From assembly GCA_963700145.1 (NCBI GenBank), contig OY969474.1, positions 480,001 through 544,000 on the forward strand: a DNA stretch of 64,000 nucleotides. The letters are read 5' to 3'. The translations under genes and the position numbers were made by a program. The stretch comes from an uncultured Acidobacteriota bacterium. Its GTDB lineage: Bacteria; Acidobacteriota; Thermoanaerobaculia; Multivoradales; UBA5704. The notes beneath the pieces were generated by a model, which searched no databases, was not told the DNA's origin, and worked only from the letters and a program-made list of their open reading frames with translations. This document shows positions 49,901-59,635 of this stretch, one piece after another. The first letter of the stretch is position 1. Each line of letters opens with the position of its first letter.

Positions 49901-52900
49901 CAGCAGGGCGACCAACAGGTCCGCCGAGCGCTCGAGACAGATACCGACGGTTGCCTCCGGTCCGACGCCGAGCCGGCGAAGGTAATGGGCCAGGCGGTTG
50001 GCGGCGCGGTCGAGTCCCGCATACGTCAGGTGACGACCTGCGGCAGTCGCCGCAACCGTGTCGGGGTGCAGGTCCACCCGGGCTTCGATCCTCTGCGGCA
50101 GGCAGACGTCCGGACGAGCGACCCGCTCGCTGCAGGCCGTCTCGGCCAAGATCTGCTCCCACTCGTCCGGGCGGAGTAGGGGCAGGCGCCGGATCGTCTC
50201 GTCGGGATGCGCGAGCGCGCTGTCGAGGAGGGTCTCGAGGTGCCTGAGCCAGCGCCCGACCGTGGTGAGGTCGAAGAGGGCTAGGTCGTGCTCGCAGGCG
50301 ATCTCGACGGCGTGGTCGCCCAGCGTCAGGTCGAGGTAGAGATCGTCCTTGGCGCCGCCGTTGTGCCGGGACGACACCCGCGCCTCGAGGTCGCCGAGCC
50401 GCATCCGCTCGTCCCGCACCCGGTCCATGTTGAAAAGCACCGAGACGAGAGGCGAGCGATTGGCAGCACGGGGGAGCTTGAGCTGGCGAACCAGGCGGTG
50501 GAACGGGTAGTCCTGGTGCTCATACGCATCCAGCAGCGCGCGCTGCACGCCGGCAAGGTATGCACGCCACGGCGGATCTCCTTGGACGCGGCTGCGGATG
50601 GGCAAGAGGTTTACGCAGTACCCGACCGGCGGCGTCTCGCCCAAGGTCGCCTGACCTGCCGCGGTGACGCCGACCACCACGTCGCTCTGTCCCGACAAAC
50701 GGTGGAGCAGGAGCTGCCAGGCCGCCAGCAGGAGAGTGAACACCGTGGTGCTTTGGCGCGCGGCGGCAGCACGCAGCCGGTCGTGAACGCGCGGGCCTAA
50801 GGTCGCCGTCTGGCGTGCGCCGAGGAAACTCCGCACCGCCGGCCGCGGCCGGTCGGACGGGAGCTCCAAGGGGGCCGGGGGATCGACAAAGGCCTGCAGC
50901 CAGTAGGCCTCGCTCTCCGCCAGGGTCTCCGCGCGCTGCCGTTCCGATTGCCAGCTCACGAACGCGCTGAAGGGGACGGCTGCAGGAAGCTCCGCCTTGC
51001 CGCCGGTACGCTCGGACGCGTAGAGCAGGCCCAACTCCCGCAGCAGCACGCCATTGGAGAGGCCGTCGGTGATCAGGTGATGGAGCGTCAAGCCGAGGAT
51101 GTGGCTGCGAGGCTCCAGACGAAGCAGCCGCGCACGTGCCAGCGGACCACGCTCGAAGTCGAACGACTCACGGGCGTCGCGACCCAGGATCTCGGCGGCG
51201 GCACGTCGGCGGCTCTCCTCGTCCAGGCTCGAGAGGTCCTGGAACGCCAGGTCGAGGCGCATCCGCGGCTGGACGATCTGCGCGTCTCCCAGGGGACTGA
51301 AGGTCGTTCGCAGGGCCTCGTGACGGTCGGCGAGCCGCTGCAGCGCGCGCTGCAGGCTCTCCTCCCGGAGGTCGCCCACCAACTCGATCTCCAGGGACTC
51401 GTGATAGGCGCGGGCGGCCTCGTCGCTGATCTGAACGACGGCCCACAGGGCTGTCTGCGCCTCGGTCATCGGAATGCGGTACGGCCCGGCGGGCGGCCGC
51501 CGCTGGGCGCGCGGCGGCAGGAAGCCACCCTCCCGCATGGCATCGACGGTCCGGCGGACCGCCGCCTTCACGCTCTCCAGGTCCGCATCGGTGTGGGCGG
51601 TCGAGACATAGCAGGCCCTCCCCTCCCACACGTACACGCCGTTGTCCAGGAGATGGAAGAAGAAAAGGTCCGGATACTGATAGCCGCGCTCGAAGACGAA
51701 GCGGAAGAGAGAGCCGATGTGCATCATGCGGATCGGCACCTCCTGCTCCTCGAAAAGAGCGTCGAGCTCCGCCACCAGGCGCTCGGTGCGCCGGGTGAGC
51801 CCCTCCTGCAGCTCAGGGCCGGCCTGCCGCAGATGCTCCAGCGAGGCGCAGACCGCCGCCATTGTCAGCGGGTGCTTGATATAGGTGCCGGCGATGTATG
51901 TCGTCTCCTCGCGGGGGTAGGAGGAGTCGCCGTACTGCCACTGGCCGCCGTCGACGCCGTCCATGAAGGCTCGCTTGCCGGCCACCGCGCCGATCGGGAT
52001 GCCGCCGCCAATCGCCTTGCCGTAGGTGACCAGGTCCGCCTGCACGCCGTAGAGGGCCTGGGCGCCGCCCGGGTGCATGCGGAAGCCGGTGATGACCTCG
52101 TCGAAGATCAGCGTCGCGCCGGACTCGGTGGTCACCCGGCGCAACGCGCGCAAGAAGTCGGCGGTCTCGAATCCGGGCCGGCGGCTCTGCTGCGGCTCGA
52201 CCAGCACGGCGGCGAGCTCGTGAGCGCGAGCCCGGACGGCCTCGACCGAAGCGGGACTGCAGTAGTCGAAAATGAGCACGTTGTCCGAAACGTGAGGGGA
52301 AACCCCCGGCGCCATGGGCGCGGCGCGGGTGCCGCCGTCCGGAGTGCGCTCCATGCGCACCATCACCTCGTCCGACCAGCCGTGGTACGAGCCGGCGAAG
52401 ACCGCGATGCGGGTGCGGCGCGTGCGAGCCCGGGCCAGGCGCAGCGCCACCATGACGGCCTCCGTCCCGGAATTGAAGAACGCGGCCCGATCCAGGCCGG
52501 TCATCTCGCAGATCAGACGCGCCGCGTGTCCGGCCAGCGGTGAGAGCAGGCCGATCTGGATGCCGCGTGACAGATGCTCTTGGATGGCTTCCAGGATGAA
52601 CGGAGGGGAGTGGCCGTACAGCAGCGAGCCGAAGCCCATGGTGATGTCGACGTACTCGTTGCCGTCCACGTCCCATACTCGCGCGCCGGCGGCGCGCTGG
52701 GTATGGATCGGATACTGGAGCTCTTTCCAGATCTGTCGGAAGCCGGCCACGCTCCGCTCATCGGCCAGAAAGGGGCGGCTCTCCATCGCCATGCGCTTGG
52801 ACCCAGGGGTCTTGCTCCCGAGCCGTGCAACCAGAGCCGTCAGATGCTGCTGCTGGTGAGGGGTGAGTCCCCCCTCGGGGCCGCGTTCGATCTTGCGGTA

Positions 52901-55900
52901 AGCGACATAGGGGTCCGGCAGGTACCTGGGAGCGAGGCCGGGCAGGTCGGCCGCTGCCGGTTGGGAAGCGGCTGCCACGGCGACCGCCGCGGCGGACGCA
53001 GCCGCCGCGGGTGCCACGATCGCCGGGACCTCGACCGTGGGAGCTCCCGCGGCCATCACGGTACGCAGCAGGCTGAGCTGCTCGGACATGAGCTGGAGCA
53101 GCGGCGCCAGAGCTCCACCGGCGGGTCCGGCGGCCAGAGCGGTCGCCGCCTCGCCCAGGCCGGCAACGGTGAGGGCCAGGTCCGGCGACGGAAGTGGAGC
53201 GGAGGTGGTAGGCGCCGGCGGCTCGGGAGGGAGCTCCTGGAGGAGATGGTTGGCCAACTCCGCCACGGACTGGTGCTCTTCCACCAAGCGGCGAAAGGGA
53301 ATCCGCACGCCGAACGCCCGCTCGAGGCTCTGCGCGGCCTGCAGGAGGGTCAGCGAGTCCGCGCCGAGCGCGAAGAAGGAAGACGTCGGAACGACCTCGT
53401 CCGCCGGAATGCCCAGAAGGTTGCCGAAGATCTCCGCCACTCGGAGAACGAGCTTGTCGCGGCGCATGTCCTGCACTCCGTCAACCGACAGCACCGGCTC
53501 CGGTGTGCGAGCGTCTCGGCGCGCATCCGAGCCGTTCGAGCCAGGGACTTCTGGCGCGAGCGGCTGTGCCGCGCGCCGGTGGGGGGCACCCAGCCAACTG
53601 GAGCCGGGAGATGGAGACTCTATCCAGAACCGCTGGCGCTCGAAGGGATAGGTGGGCAGGGGGCACCGGCGGCGGCGCTCGCCGGCGTGGAAGCCGGCCC
53701 AATCGATCGCGGCTCCGGCCAGCCAGAGGCGGCCAAGCGCCTCGACGAGCGCCGCCTGATCGCCGTCGCCGTCCGCCGCCGCCAGCGACGCGACGACGGA
53801 CTGCCCCTCTGCGCGCGCGGGATGCCGCCGAGCGAACCCCGCCAGGGTCCGGCCGGGCCCGACCTCCAGGAGGATCCGCTCCGGCTCCGCGAGCAGCACG
53901 GCGGCGGCGTCGAGGAAGCGGACCGTGCCGCGCATCTGTCGCGCCCAGTAGCCCGGGTCCTGGGCCTCACCGGCGGTGATCCAGGTACCGGTCAGGGTGG
54001 AAACCCAGGGAATTGCGGGCGGGCTCAGCGCGACACGCTCGAGCTCTCGCCGGAACGGCTCCATCAGCGGCTCGACCGTCGGCGAATGGAAGGCGTGGGA
54101 GGTCTCGAGACGGCGGCAGGCCGTGTGCCGCCGCGCCAACCTCGCCTCGAGAGCCGCTACCGCCGCGGGCGGTCCAGCGACGACGACCCGGCCCGGTTCG
54201 TTGACGGCCGCGACGCAGAGGTCCTCACTCTCCAGCAGGGGGGCCACGTCGTCGACCGAGGCCGCAACCGCGAGCATCGTGCCGCCCGGGAGCGCGTCCA
54301 TCAGCCGGCCGCGGACGGCGAGCAGCCGCAAGGCGTCGGGTAACGAGAACACCCCGCCGAGGCAGGCGGCCACGTACTCGCCCACGCTGTGGCCGAGCAG
54401 GGCCTGCGGCAGGACTCCCCAAGACATCCAGAGCTTCGCCAGCGCGTACTCGACGACGAACAGCGCGGGTTGCGCGAAACGCGTCTGTCGCAAGAGCTCA
54501 CGGGCGGTCTCTTCGCCGCCCGGCGGCGGGTACAGCACCTCCAGCAGGTCGCGCTCGAGCAGCGGATGCAGCACCTCCGCGCAGGCTGCGAGCTCGCCGC
54601 GAAAAGCCGGCTCGGCGAGCAGCTCACGGCCCATGTTGACGTGCTGCGCTCCCTGGCCTGGGAAGAGGAACGCCACCGGCCGATCGCCGCGGTCCTGGAG
54701 TCCGTCCAGCACGCGCCCGGCGTCGCCGCCGCGGAGAGCTGCGATCGCTTCGTCGCGGTTGGGGCAGCGGACCACGCGGCGGTGCCTGAAGACACGACGG
54801 CCGATCTGGAGCGTGAAGGCGACATCGGGCAGCGCCACCTCCGGATGGGACTCGAGATGCCGGGCGAGGTTGCGGGCGGCGGTGTCCAGGCCGGCGGCAC
54901 TGCGTGCGGAGAGCGGCAGGAGCTGCCACGAGCGGGAGGGTTCCGGCGGCTCGGTCGCGGGAGCCTCCTCCAGCACGACGTGCGCGTTGGTGCCGCCGAT
55001 TCCGAACGAGCTGACGCCGGCGCGGCGCGGCAGGGCCGGCGGGCTCCATTCCCGCAGCTCGGTATTGACGTAGAACGGCCCGCTGGCGAAGTCGATGCGC
55101 GGGTTGGGGCGCTCGAAATGGAGGCTGGGGGGGATCTGGCGCTTCTCGAGAGCCAGGACTGTCTTGATCAGGCCGGCCACCCCGGCGGCGGTGTCCAGAT
55201 GCCCGACGTTGCTCTTGATCGAGCCGAGAGCGCAGGAGCCCTGCCCGGCCGCGGCCCCGAAGACCTGGTGCAGCGCTGCGACCTCGATGGGGTCTCCCAA
55301 GGCGGTGCCGGTGCCATGGGTCTCGACGTAGGTGATGTCTGCGGCAGCGCAGCCGGCCGCCGTCTGTGCCGCGGCGATCACCCGGCTCTGGCCCTCGATG
55401 CTGGGCGCCGTGTAGCCCACCTTCGCGGCGCCGTCGTTGTTGATGGCGCTGCCTTTGATCACGGCACGGACGCGAAAGCCCCCGGCGATGGCGGCGTCCA
55501 AGCGTTGCAGGACCACCACCCCCGCGCCGTTGCCGAAGGTCGTGCCTTGCGCGCGCTCGTCGAACGCGCGGCAGTGGCCGTCCGGCGACGCGATGCCGCC
55601 CTCCTGGTAGAGATAGCCGGCTTCCTGCGGGAAGCTGATGGTCACCCCGCCGGCGCAGGCCACCTCGCACTCGCCGTCGAGGAGGCTCTTGCAGGCGAGG
55701 TGAACGGCGACCAGGGAGGTGGAGCAGGCCGTCTGCACCGCGACGCTCGGCCCCCGCAGGTCAAGCTTGTAGGAGACCCGGGTCGGCATGAAGTCCTTGT
55801 CGTTGGCGACGCAGAGCTGATAGCCGCCGACCGCCGACCGGATGCCGGGATGAGGAGCGAGGTTCGCGAGCAGATAGGTGTTGAGCCCGGTCCCGGCGAA

Positions 55901-58900
55901 GACTCCCACCCGCCCTGGATAGCGGGCGGGGTCGAGCCCTGCGTCCTCCAGCGCTTCCGACACCGTCTCGAGGAAGACGCGTTGCTGCGGGTCGGTGATC
56001 TCCGCCTCCCTGCGGCTCATGCCGAAGAAGGCGGCGTCGAACTCGTCGGCCCCTCGCAGCACCCCTTTCGCCCGGACGTAGTCGGGGTTCTGCAGGAGCT
56101 CCGGCTCGACCCCCGCCGCCGCCAGCTCCTGGTGCGAGAAGAAGGAGATGGACTCGACGCCCCGGCACAGGTTGTCCCAGAGCTCGTCGACGCCGGCGGC
56201 GCCGGGAAAGCGCCCGGCCATGCCGATCACGGCCACGGCGGTGGTCTGTGAGATCGGGCCCTCGGCGGGACCGGGGGCCGGAGCTGCGGCGGCAGGCTCC
56301 GCGATAGCGAGAGCCGCGGCGGCCAGGAAGGTCGCCTGCGCCTTGACGGTGGGATGCCTGAACAGCTCGACGAGCGGGAAGTCGTGGCCGCACCGCTCCA
56401 CGAGGCGGGTGTGGAGCTGCGCCAAGCGCAGAGAGTGGCCGCCGAGGTCGAAGAAGTTGTCGTAGAGGCCTACGCTCTCGGTCTTCAGCACCTCCTGCCA
56501 GAGAGCGGCGATCGTGCGCTCGAGCGCGGTGGTGGGAGGTCTGTGGGCGAGGGTCGTGACCTGCCTGCCGGCAGGCGCGGGCAGCGCCTCGCGGTTCACC
56601 TTCCCGTTCGGCGTCAGCGGGAGCGAGTCGAGGCGCACGAACGCCGCCGGCATCATGAAGGTGGGGAGCCGCGAAGCCAGAGAGCCCCGCAGCGCGTCCT
56701 CGGCCCCGGCCGCCCCTGCGCTGGCGACCCAGTAGGCCACCAGGGAAAGCTCCCCCGTGACCGGCCAGTCGCGCCGCGCCACGACGGCTGCCTGTGCCAC
56801 CTCCGGCAAGCCCGTCAGGAGGGCCTCGACCTCCCCCGGCTCGATCCGGAACCCGCGGATCTTCACCTGGGTGTCGATGCGGCCGAGGAACTCGAGCTGG
56901 CCGTCGGCGAGAGGCCGCGCCAGGTCTCCCGTGCGATACAGGCGCGCGCCGGGAATGGGCGCGAACGGATCGGGCACGAACCTCTCGGCCGTCAGGTCGG
57001 CGCGGTCGAGGTAGCCGCGGGCGAGACCCGCACCGCCGAGAAATAGCTCGCCGCGGACGCCGATCGGCACCGGCTGCAGGTGGCGGTCGAGAAGGTGAGC
57101 GCGGGTTCCCGCGACCGGTCTGCCGATCGTCGGCTGCCGCTGGGCTCCACGTTCGACGGTCGTCCACGTCGAGTAGGTGGTGGCTTCCGAGGGGCCGTAG
57201 AGGTTCAACACCCGCTCGACGCCCGGCCGACGATAGAGCTGATCGCTCAGCTCGCGCTGCAGCGGCTCGCCGGCGAGGTTGACCGTGCGGACCGAGGCGG
57301 GTAGACGCCCGCCATCGACTAGGGCAGCCGCCGCCGACGGCACCGTGTTGAGCAGCCGCACCTCCGCCGCGGCCGGATGAGAGGGCAGGGCGAGCGCATC
57401 CTCGCCGACGATGACTCGACCGCCCCACGCGAGGGGCACGAAGATCTCGAAGACCGACAGGTCGAAGCAGATGGAGGTGGAGGCGAAGACGCCACCGAGA
57501 TCGTCGTCGGAGAAAACCCCGCGCGCCCAGCGCGCAAAGGTCACCGCGCTCCGGTGCTCGATGGCCACGCCCTTGGGCCTCCCCGTCGAGCCCGAGGTGT
57601 AAATGAGGTAGGCCAGGTTCTCCGGGCCGGCCTCCGCCACCGGCCACGGCTCGGCCTCCTCCGCGAGCACGTCGTCGAGCCATACCACCGCGCCCGCCCA
57701 GGCGCCGCGCTCGCGCAGGATGTGCTCGACGACCGCAGCGCCGGATCGGCGGGTGGCCACCAGAACTCGCGACCGCGAGTCCGCGAGCATCAGGACGAGG
57801 CGCTCGCGCGGGTAGAGCGGGTCGAGCGGCAGGTAGGCGCCCCCGGCCCTGAGGATGCCCAGCATGGACGCCACCATCGCGACCGACCGGTCGCCCAACA
57901 GACCGACGACGACCTCGGGTCCCACGCCCACCCGCGCCAGCCGCCACGCGACCCGGTTCGCCAGCCGGTCCAGCTCCGCGTACGTGACGCTGCCTCGACG
58001 GTCGACCACCGCCACGGCGTCAGGGCGCGCCGCCACCTGCGCCGCGAAGAGCTCGTCTAGGCGGCACCCGCTCGGCTCGTCGCCGGACGTGCCGTGCCAC
58101 TCGACGAGGATCTGGTGCTTCTCCGCGGGCGTCACCAACGGCAGCTCCGACAGGCGGCTCACCGGCGACGCCGCGGCCGCGTCGAGCAGCGTCCGGAAGC
58201 GCTCCAGAAGCCGTACCGCCGTGGTCTCGTCGAACAGGTCGGTGGAGTACTGGAGATAGCCGGTGAGCCCTTGCCGGTCCTCAGCCAGCGTCAGAGCGAG
58301 ATCGAAAGGGGTGGTCTCCGGTTCGAGGTCGAGAGAGGAGAGCTCGAGCGCCTCCAGCGCCAGAGCGGGCCGCGGCGCGTTCTGCAACTGGAACATCACC
58401 TGGACCAACGGCTGGCGGTCGAGGCTCCGCTCGGGCTGGAGGACCTCCACCAGCTTCTCGAAGGGCGCGTCCTGGTGGTCGAAATCCTCCAGACAGGAGC
58501 TCCGCACCCGCTCGAGGTGGGCGCGGAAGGTCGGGTCGCCGGAGAGGTCCGCGCGCAGCACCAAGGTGTTGACGAACAGGCCGATCAGCGGCTCGACCTC
58601 CGTGCGGTTCCGGTTCGCGATCGGAGATCCGACGGCCAGGTCCATCTGATCGGTGTGACGGAAGAGCAGGACCTGGAAGACCGCGAGCAGCGTCATGAAC
58701 GGCGTTGCTCCACAGCGGCGGCCGACCGTCTTGACGGTTTCCCAGCGGGCACCGGGAAGGGCAAAGGGGACAAGCGCCCCACGGAAGCTCAGGACCGCCG
58801 GCCGCGGTCGGTCCACCGGGAGGTCCAATCCACCCGCCAGACCGGCGAGCCGCCGTTTCCAGTAGGCGAGCTGCGTCTCCAAGCGCGCCGCATGGGCCTC

Positions 58901-59626
58901 GCCGTGCTGCGCGATCGCGTAGTCCACGTACTGGAGCGGGAGCTCGGGGAGCGGTGACGGCAGGCCGCGCCGGAACGCGGAGTACAGGGTCGCCAGCTCC
59001 TGCAGCAGGATGCCTGCCGACCAGCCGTCCGAGACGATGTGATGGAGGCTCAGCAGCAGGACGTGAGCGTCGTCGCCGGTGTGCACCAGGATCGCGCGCA
59101 GCAGCGGCGCGCGGCTCAGGTCGAAGGGTCGGCTCGCCGCGTGCCGCAGCAGGCGCGGCAGCTCGTCGCGGCGCGCTGCCGCGGGCAGATGGGCGAGCTC
59201 GATCGCATGCAGCGGCGCCGCGGCATCGGGCACGACTACCTGGACCGGCTCGCCATCCCGAACCTCGAAGCGGGTGCGGAGAACGGCGTGCCGCCGCACG
59301 ATCTCCGCCAGACTGCGCGCCAGCGCCGTGCGATCCAGCGCGCCGTCGATGGCGATGGGCCACGCGACGTTGTAGACGCGCTTGTCCGCGGCAAGGCGGT
59401 GAACGAACCACAGGCGTCGCTGCGGGAACGAGAGCGGGAACGGGCCGGTGCCGCCGTGGGCGACGAGGGGAGCGTCGTCGACTGCGAGCCCCTGCTGCGC
59501 CAGCAGGACTTCCAGGGCGCGGCGGCGCTCGGGACTCAGCCGGGAGAGATCCACGGTCAGGCCCTCGGGCACTCGACCCTCCTCATCCCTCGCCTGCCCC
59601 TCTCTCGGTGTGGTCAGACTCTGCAC
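46964..59626 (-). CDS. Hybrid NRPS-PKS: C-A(Ala)-T-KS-AT-ACP-AMT-C-A(Gly)-T-E
   Basis: A1 code DLFNNALTYK; KS TACSTS/HGTGT/GHLD; AT GHSVG+HAFH; ACP GADS; class III aminotransferase FDEVITGFR/TYGKAIGGG; A2 code DILQLGVIWK; E domain. Alternative GTG start at 59572. Confidence 0.94.
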   Translation of the reverse strand: MQSLTTPREGQARDEEGRVPEGLTVDLSRLSPERRRALEVLLAQQGLAVDDAPLVAHGGTGPFPLSFPQRRLWFVHRLAADKRVYNVAWPIAIDGALDRTALARSLAEIVRRHAVLRTRFEVRDGEPVQVVVPDAAAPLHAIELAHLPAAARRDELPRLLRHAASRPFDLSRAPLLRAILVHTGDDAHVLLLSLHHIVSDGWSAGILLQELATLYSAFRRGLPSPLPELPLQYVDYAIAQHGEAHAARLETQLAYWKRRLAGLAGGLDLPVDRPRPAVLSFRGALVPFALPGARWETVKTVGRRCGATPFMTLLAVFQVLLFRHTDQMDLAVGSPIANRNRTEVEPLIGLFVNTLVLRADLSGDPTFRAHLERVRSSCLEDFDHQDAPFEKLVEVLQPERSLDRQPLVQVMFQLQNAPRPALALEALELSSLDLEPETTPFDLALTLAEDRQGLTGYLQYSTDLFDETTAVRLLERFRTLLDAAAASPVSRLSELPLVTPAEKHQILVEWHGTSGDEPSGCRLDELFAAQVAARPDAVAVVDRRGSVTYAELDRLANRVAWRLARVGVGPEVVVGLLGDRSVAMVASMLGILRAGGAYLPLDPLYPRERLVLMLADSRSRVLVATRRSGAAVVEHILRERGAWAGAVVWLDDVLAEEAEPWPVAEAGPENLAYLIYTSGSTGRPKGVAIEHRSAVTFARWARGVFSDDDLGGVFASTSICFDLSVFEIFVPLAWGGRVIVGEDALALPSHPAAAEVRLLNTVPSAAAALVDGGRLPASVRTVNLAGEPLQRELSDQLYRRPGVERVLNLYGPSEATTYSTWTTVERGAQRQPTIGRPVAGTRAHLLDRHLQPVPIGVRGELFLGGAGLARGYLDRADLTAERFVPDPFAPIPGARLYRTGDLARPLADGQLEFLGRIDTQVKIRGFRIEPGEVEALLTGLPEVAQAAVVARRDWPVTGELSLVAYWVASAGAAGAEDALRGSLASRLPTFMMPAAFVRLDSLPLTPNGKVNREALPAPAGRQVTTLAHRPPTTALERTIAALWQEVLKTESVGLYDNFFDLGGHSLRLAQLHTRLVERCGHDFPLVELFRHPTVKAQATFLAAAALAIAEPAAAAPAPGPAEGPISQTTAVAVIGMAGRFPGAAGVDELWDNLCRGVESISFFSHQELAAAGVEPELLQNPDYVRAKGVLRGADEFDAAFFGMSRREAEITDPQQRVFLETVSEALEDAGLDPARYPGRVGVFAGTGLNTYLLANLAPHPGIRSAVGGYQLCVANDKDFMPTRVSYKLDLRGPSVAVQTACSTSLVAVHLACKSLLDGECEVACAGGVTISFPQEAGYLYQEGGIASPDGHCRAFDERAQGTTFGNGAGVVVLQRLDAAIAGGFRVRAVIKGSAINNDGAAKVGYTAPSIEGQSRVIAAAQTAAGCAAADITYVETHGTGTALGDPIEVAALHQVFGAAAGQGSCALGSIKSNVGHLDTAAGVAGLIKTVLALEKRQIPPSLHFERPNPRIDFASGPFYVNTELREWSPPALPRRAGVSSFGIGGTNAHVVLEEAPATEPPEPSRSWQLLPLSARSAAGLDTAARNLARHLESHPEVALPDVAFTLQIGRRVFRHRRVVRCPNRDEAIAALRGGDAGRVLDGLQDRGDRPVAFLFPGQGAQHVNMGRELLAEPAFRGELAACAEVLHPLLERDLLEVLYPPPGGEETARELLRQTRFAQPALFVVEYALAKLWMSWGVLPQALLGHSVGEYVAACLGGVFSLPDALRLLAVRGRLMDALPGGTMLAVAASVDDVAPLLESEDLCVAAVNEPGRVVVAGPPAAVAALEARLARRHTACRRLETSHAFHSPTVEPLMEPFRRELERVALSPPAIPWVSTLTGTWITAGEAQDPGYWARQMRGTVRFLDAAAVLLAEPERILLEVGPGRTLAGFARRHPARAEGQSVVASLAAADGDGDQAALVEALGRLWLAGAAIDWAGFHAGERRRRCPLPTYPFERQRFWIESPSPGSSWLGAPHRRAAQPLAPEVPGSNGSDARRDARTPEPVLSVDGVQDMRRDKLVLRVAEIFGNLLGIPADEVVPTSSFFALGADSLTLLQAAQSLERAFGVRIPFRRLVEEHQSVAELANHLLQELPPEPPAPTTSAPLPSPDLALTVAGLGEAATALAAGPAGGALAPLLQLMSEQLSLLRTVMAAGAPTVEVPAIVAPAAAASAAAVAVAAASQPAAADLPGLAPRYLPDPYVAYRKIERGPEGGLTPHQQQHLTALVARLGSKTPGSKRMAMESRPFLADERSVAGFRQIWKELQYPIHTQRAAGARVWDVDGNEYVDITMGFGSLLYGHSPPFILEAIQEHLSRGIQIGLLSPLAGHAARLICEMTGLDRAAFFNSGTEAVMVALRLARARTRRTRIAVFAGSYHGWSDEVMVRMERTPDGGTRAAPMAPGVSPHVSDNVLIFDYCSPASVEAVRARAHELAAVLVEPQQSRRPGFETADFLRALRRVTTESGATLIFDEVITGFRMHPGGAQALYGVQADLVTYGKAIGGGIPIGAVAGKRAFMDGVDGGQWQYGDSSYPREETTYIAGTYIKHPLTMAAVCASLEHLRQAGPELQEGLTRRTERLVAELDALFEEQEVPIRMMHIGSLFRFVFERGYQYPDLFFFHLLDNGVYVWEGRACYVSTAHTDADLESVKAAVRRTVDAMREGGFLPPRAQRRPPAGPYRIPMTEAQTALWAVVQISDEAARAYHESLEIELVGDLREESLQRALQRLADRHEALRTTFSPLGDAQIVQPRMRLDLAFQDLSSLDEESRRRAAAEILGRDARESFDFERGPLARARLLRLEPRSHILGLTLHHLITDGLSNGVLLRELGLLYASERTGGKAELPAAVPFSAFVSWQSERQRAETLAESEAYWLQAFVDPPAPLELPSDRPRPAVRSFLGARQTATLGPRVHDRLRAAAARQSTTVFTLLLAAWQLLLHRLSGQSDVVVGVTAAGQATLGETPPVGYCVNLLPIRSRVQGDPPWRAYLAGVQRALLDAYEHQDYPFHRLVRQLKLPRAANRSPLVSVLFNMDRVRDERMRLGDLEARVSSRHNGGAKDDLYLDLTLGDHAVEIACEHDLALFDLTTVGRWLRHLETLLDSALAHPDETIRRLPLLRPDEWEQILAETACSERVARPDVCLPQRIEARVDLHPDTVAATAAGRHLTYAGLDRAANRLAHYLRRLGVGPEATVGICLERSADLLVALLAVLKAGGAYVPLDPGHPDRRLQHIVRSSRPVIIVTWSGREAWAATLGGRALLLDREAPLIDREPDARPLPAAGAANLAYVLYTSGSTGEPKGVPVPHSALTNCLASMLERPGLTADDSLLAVTTLAFDIAALELFLPLLAGGRVEIATEGMARDGLALRDALADSGATVMQATPSTWRMLLAADWRGAGSFRVLCGGEGLPRPLADALLTSAEAVWNVYGPTETTIWSTVERIEPGGGPVTAGRPIADTSVRVLDADLEVVPPGVVGEVYIGGGGLARGYVGNPQLTAERFVPDPFAADGRRLYRTGDRGRLRPGGRLEILGRMDDQVKIHGSRIELGEIERVLGRHPAVAAAAAAVRGDGPDGRLVAYIVPRGPAVPTAAELRAFLQDSLPANMLPAAFVELRELPLTPNGKLDRQALPFPSAIPASSATSFAAPLTRTERALAGVWEEVLGIESVQRFDHFITRGGDSIAAVRVAVRAGQVGVRVTPTQIFQRPVLAELAALVEPDAAGIGGGELPLTPIQRWLFEQELTDPHHWNQSVLMELHDPLPAWSLRLAAGALAAHHDSLCLRFAATRDGWRAFQVPPEIACSFSSIDLSALPAPARMRALETAAAALQASLDLTRGPLVRIVLFETADSGRRLFVVLHHAVTDDASWPFLLADLLEAARQWTGGRRPVLPSRTAPFRRWAERLPDLARSPEILAELSFWLDPARAHAGRLAVDFSGAANTEASARSIAGELDAERTRRLRQQAGRLRVQVSTLVLAAVAQAFARRLGAVPLLVDLEGHGREDLFPDLDTSRTAGWFTCIYPVLLAAGDGSPAETLAAVRRELRRVRRGGIGYGLLRYADGRGEGASMLRALPRAEVVFNFSARPGVTEGGARPFVWAREPAGPRRSPRNMRPYVIEIDGSVADDRLRLEFRHSANLHRPETLLGLARDFEDAVDRLLEAGAPEQAHEAESFPAARLSQAKLNRLIARIG

Positions 59627-59635
59627 GGCTGCACC

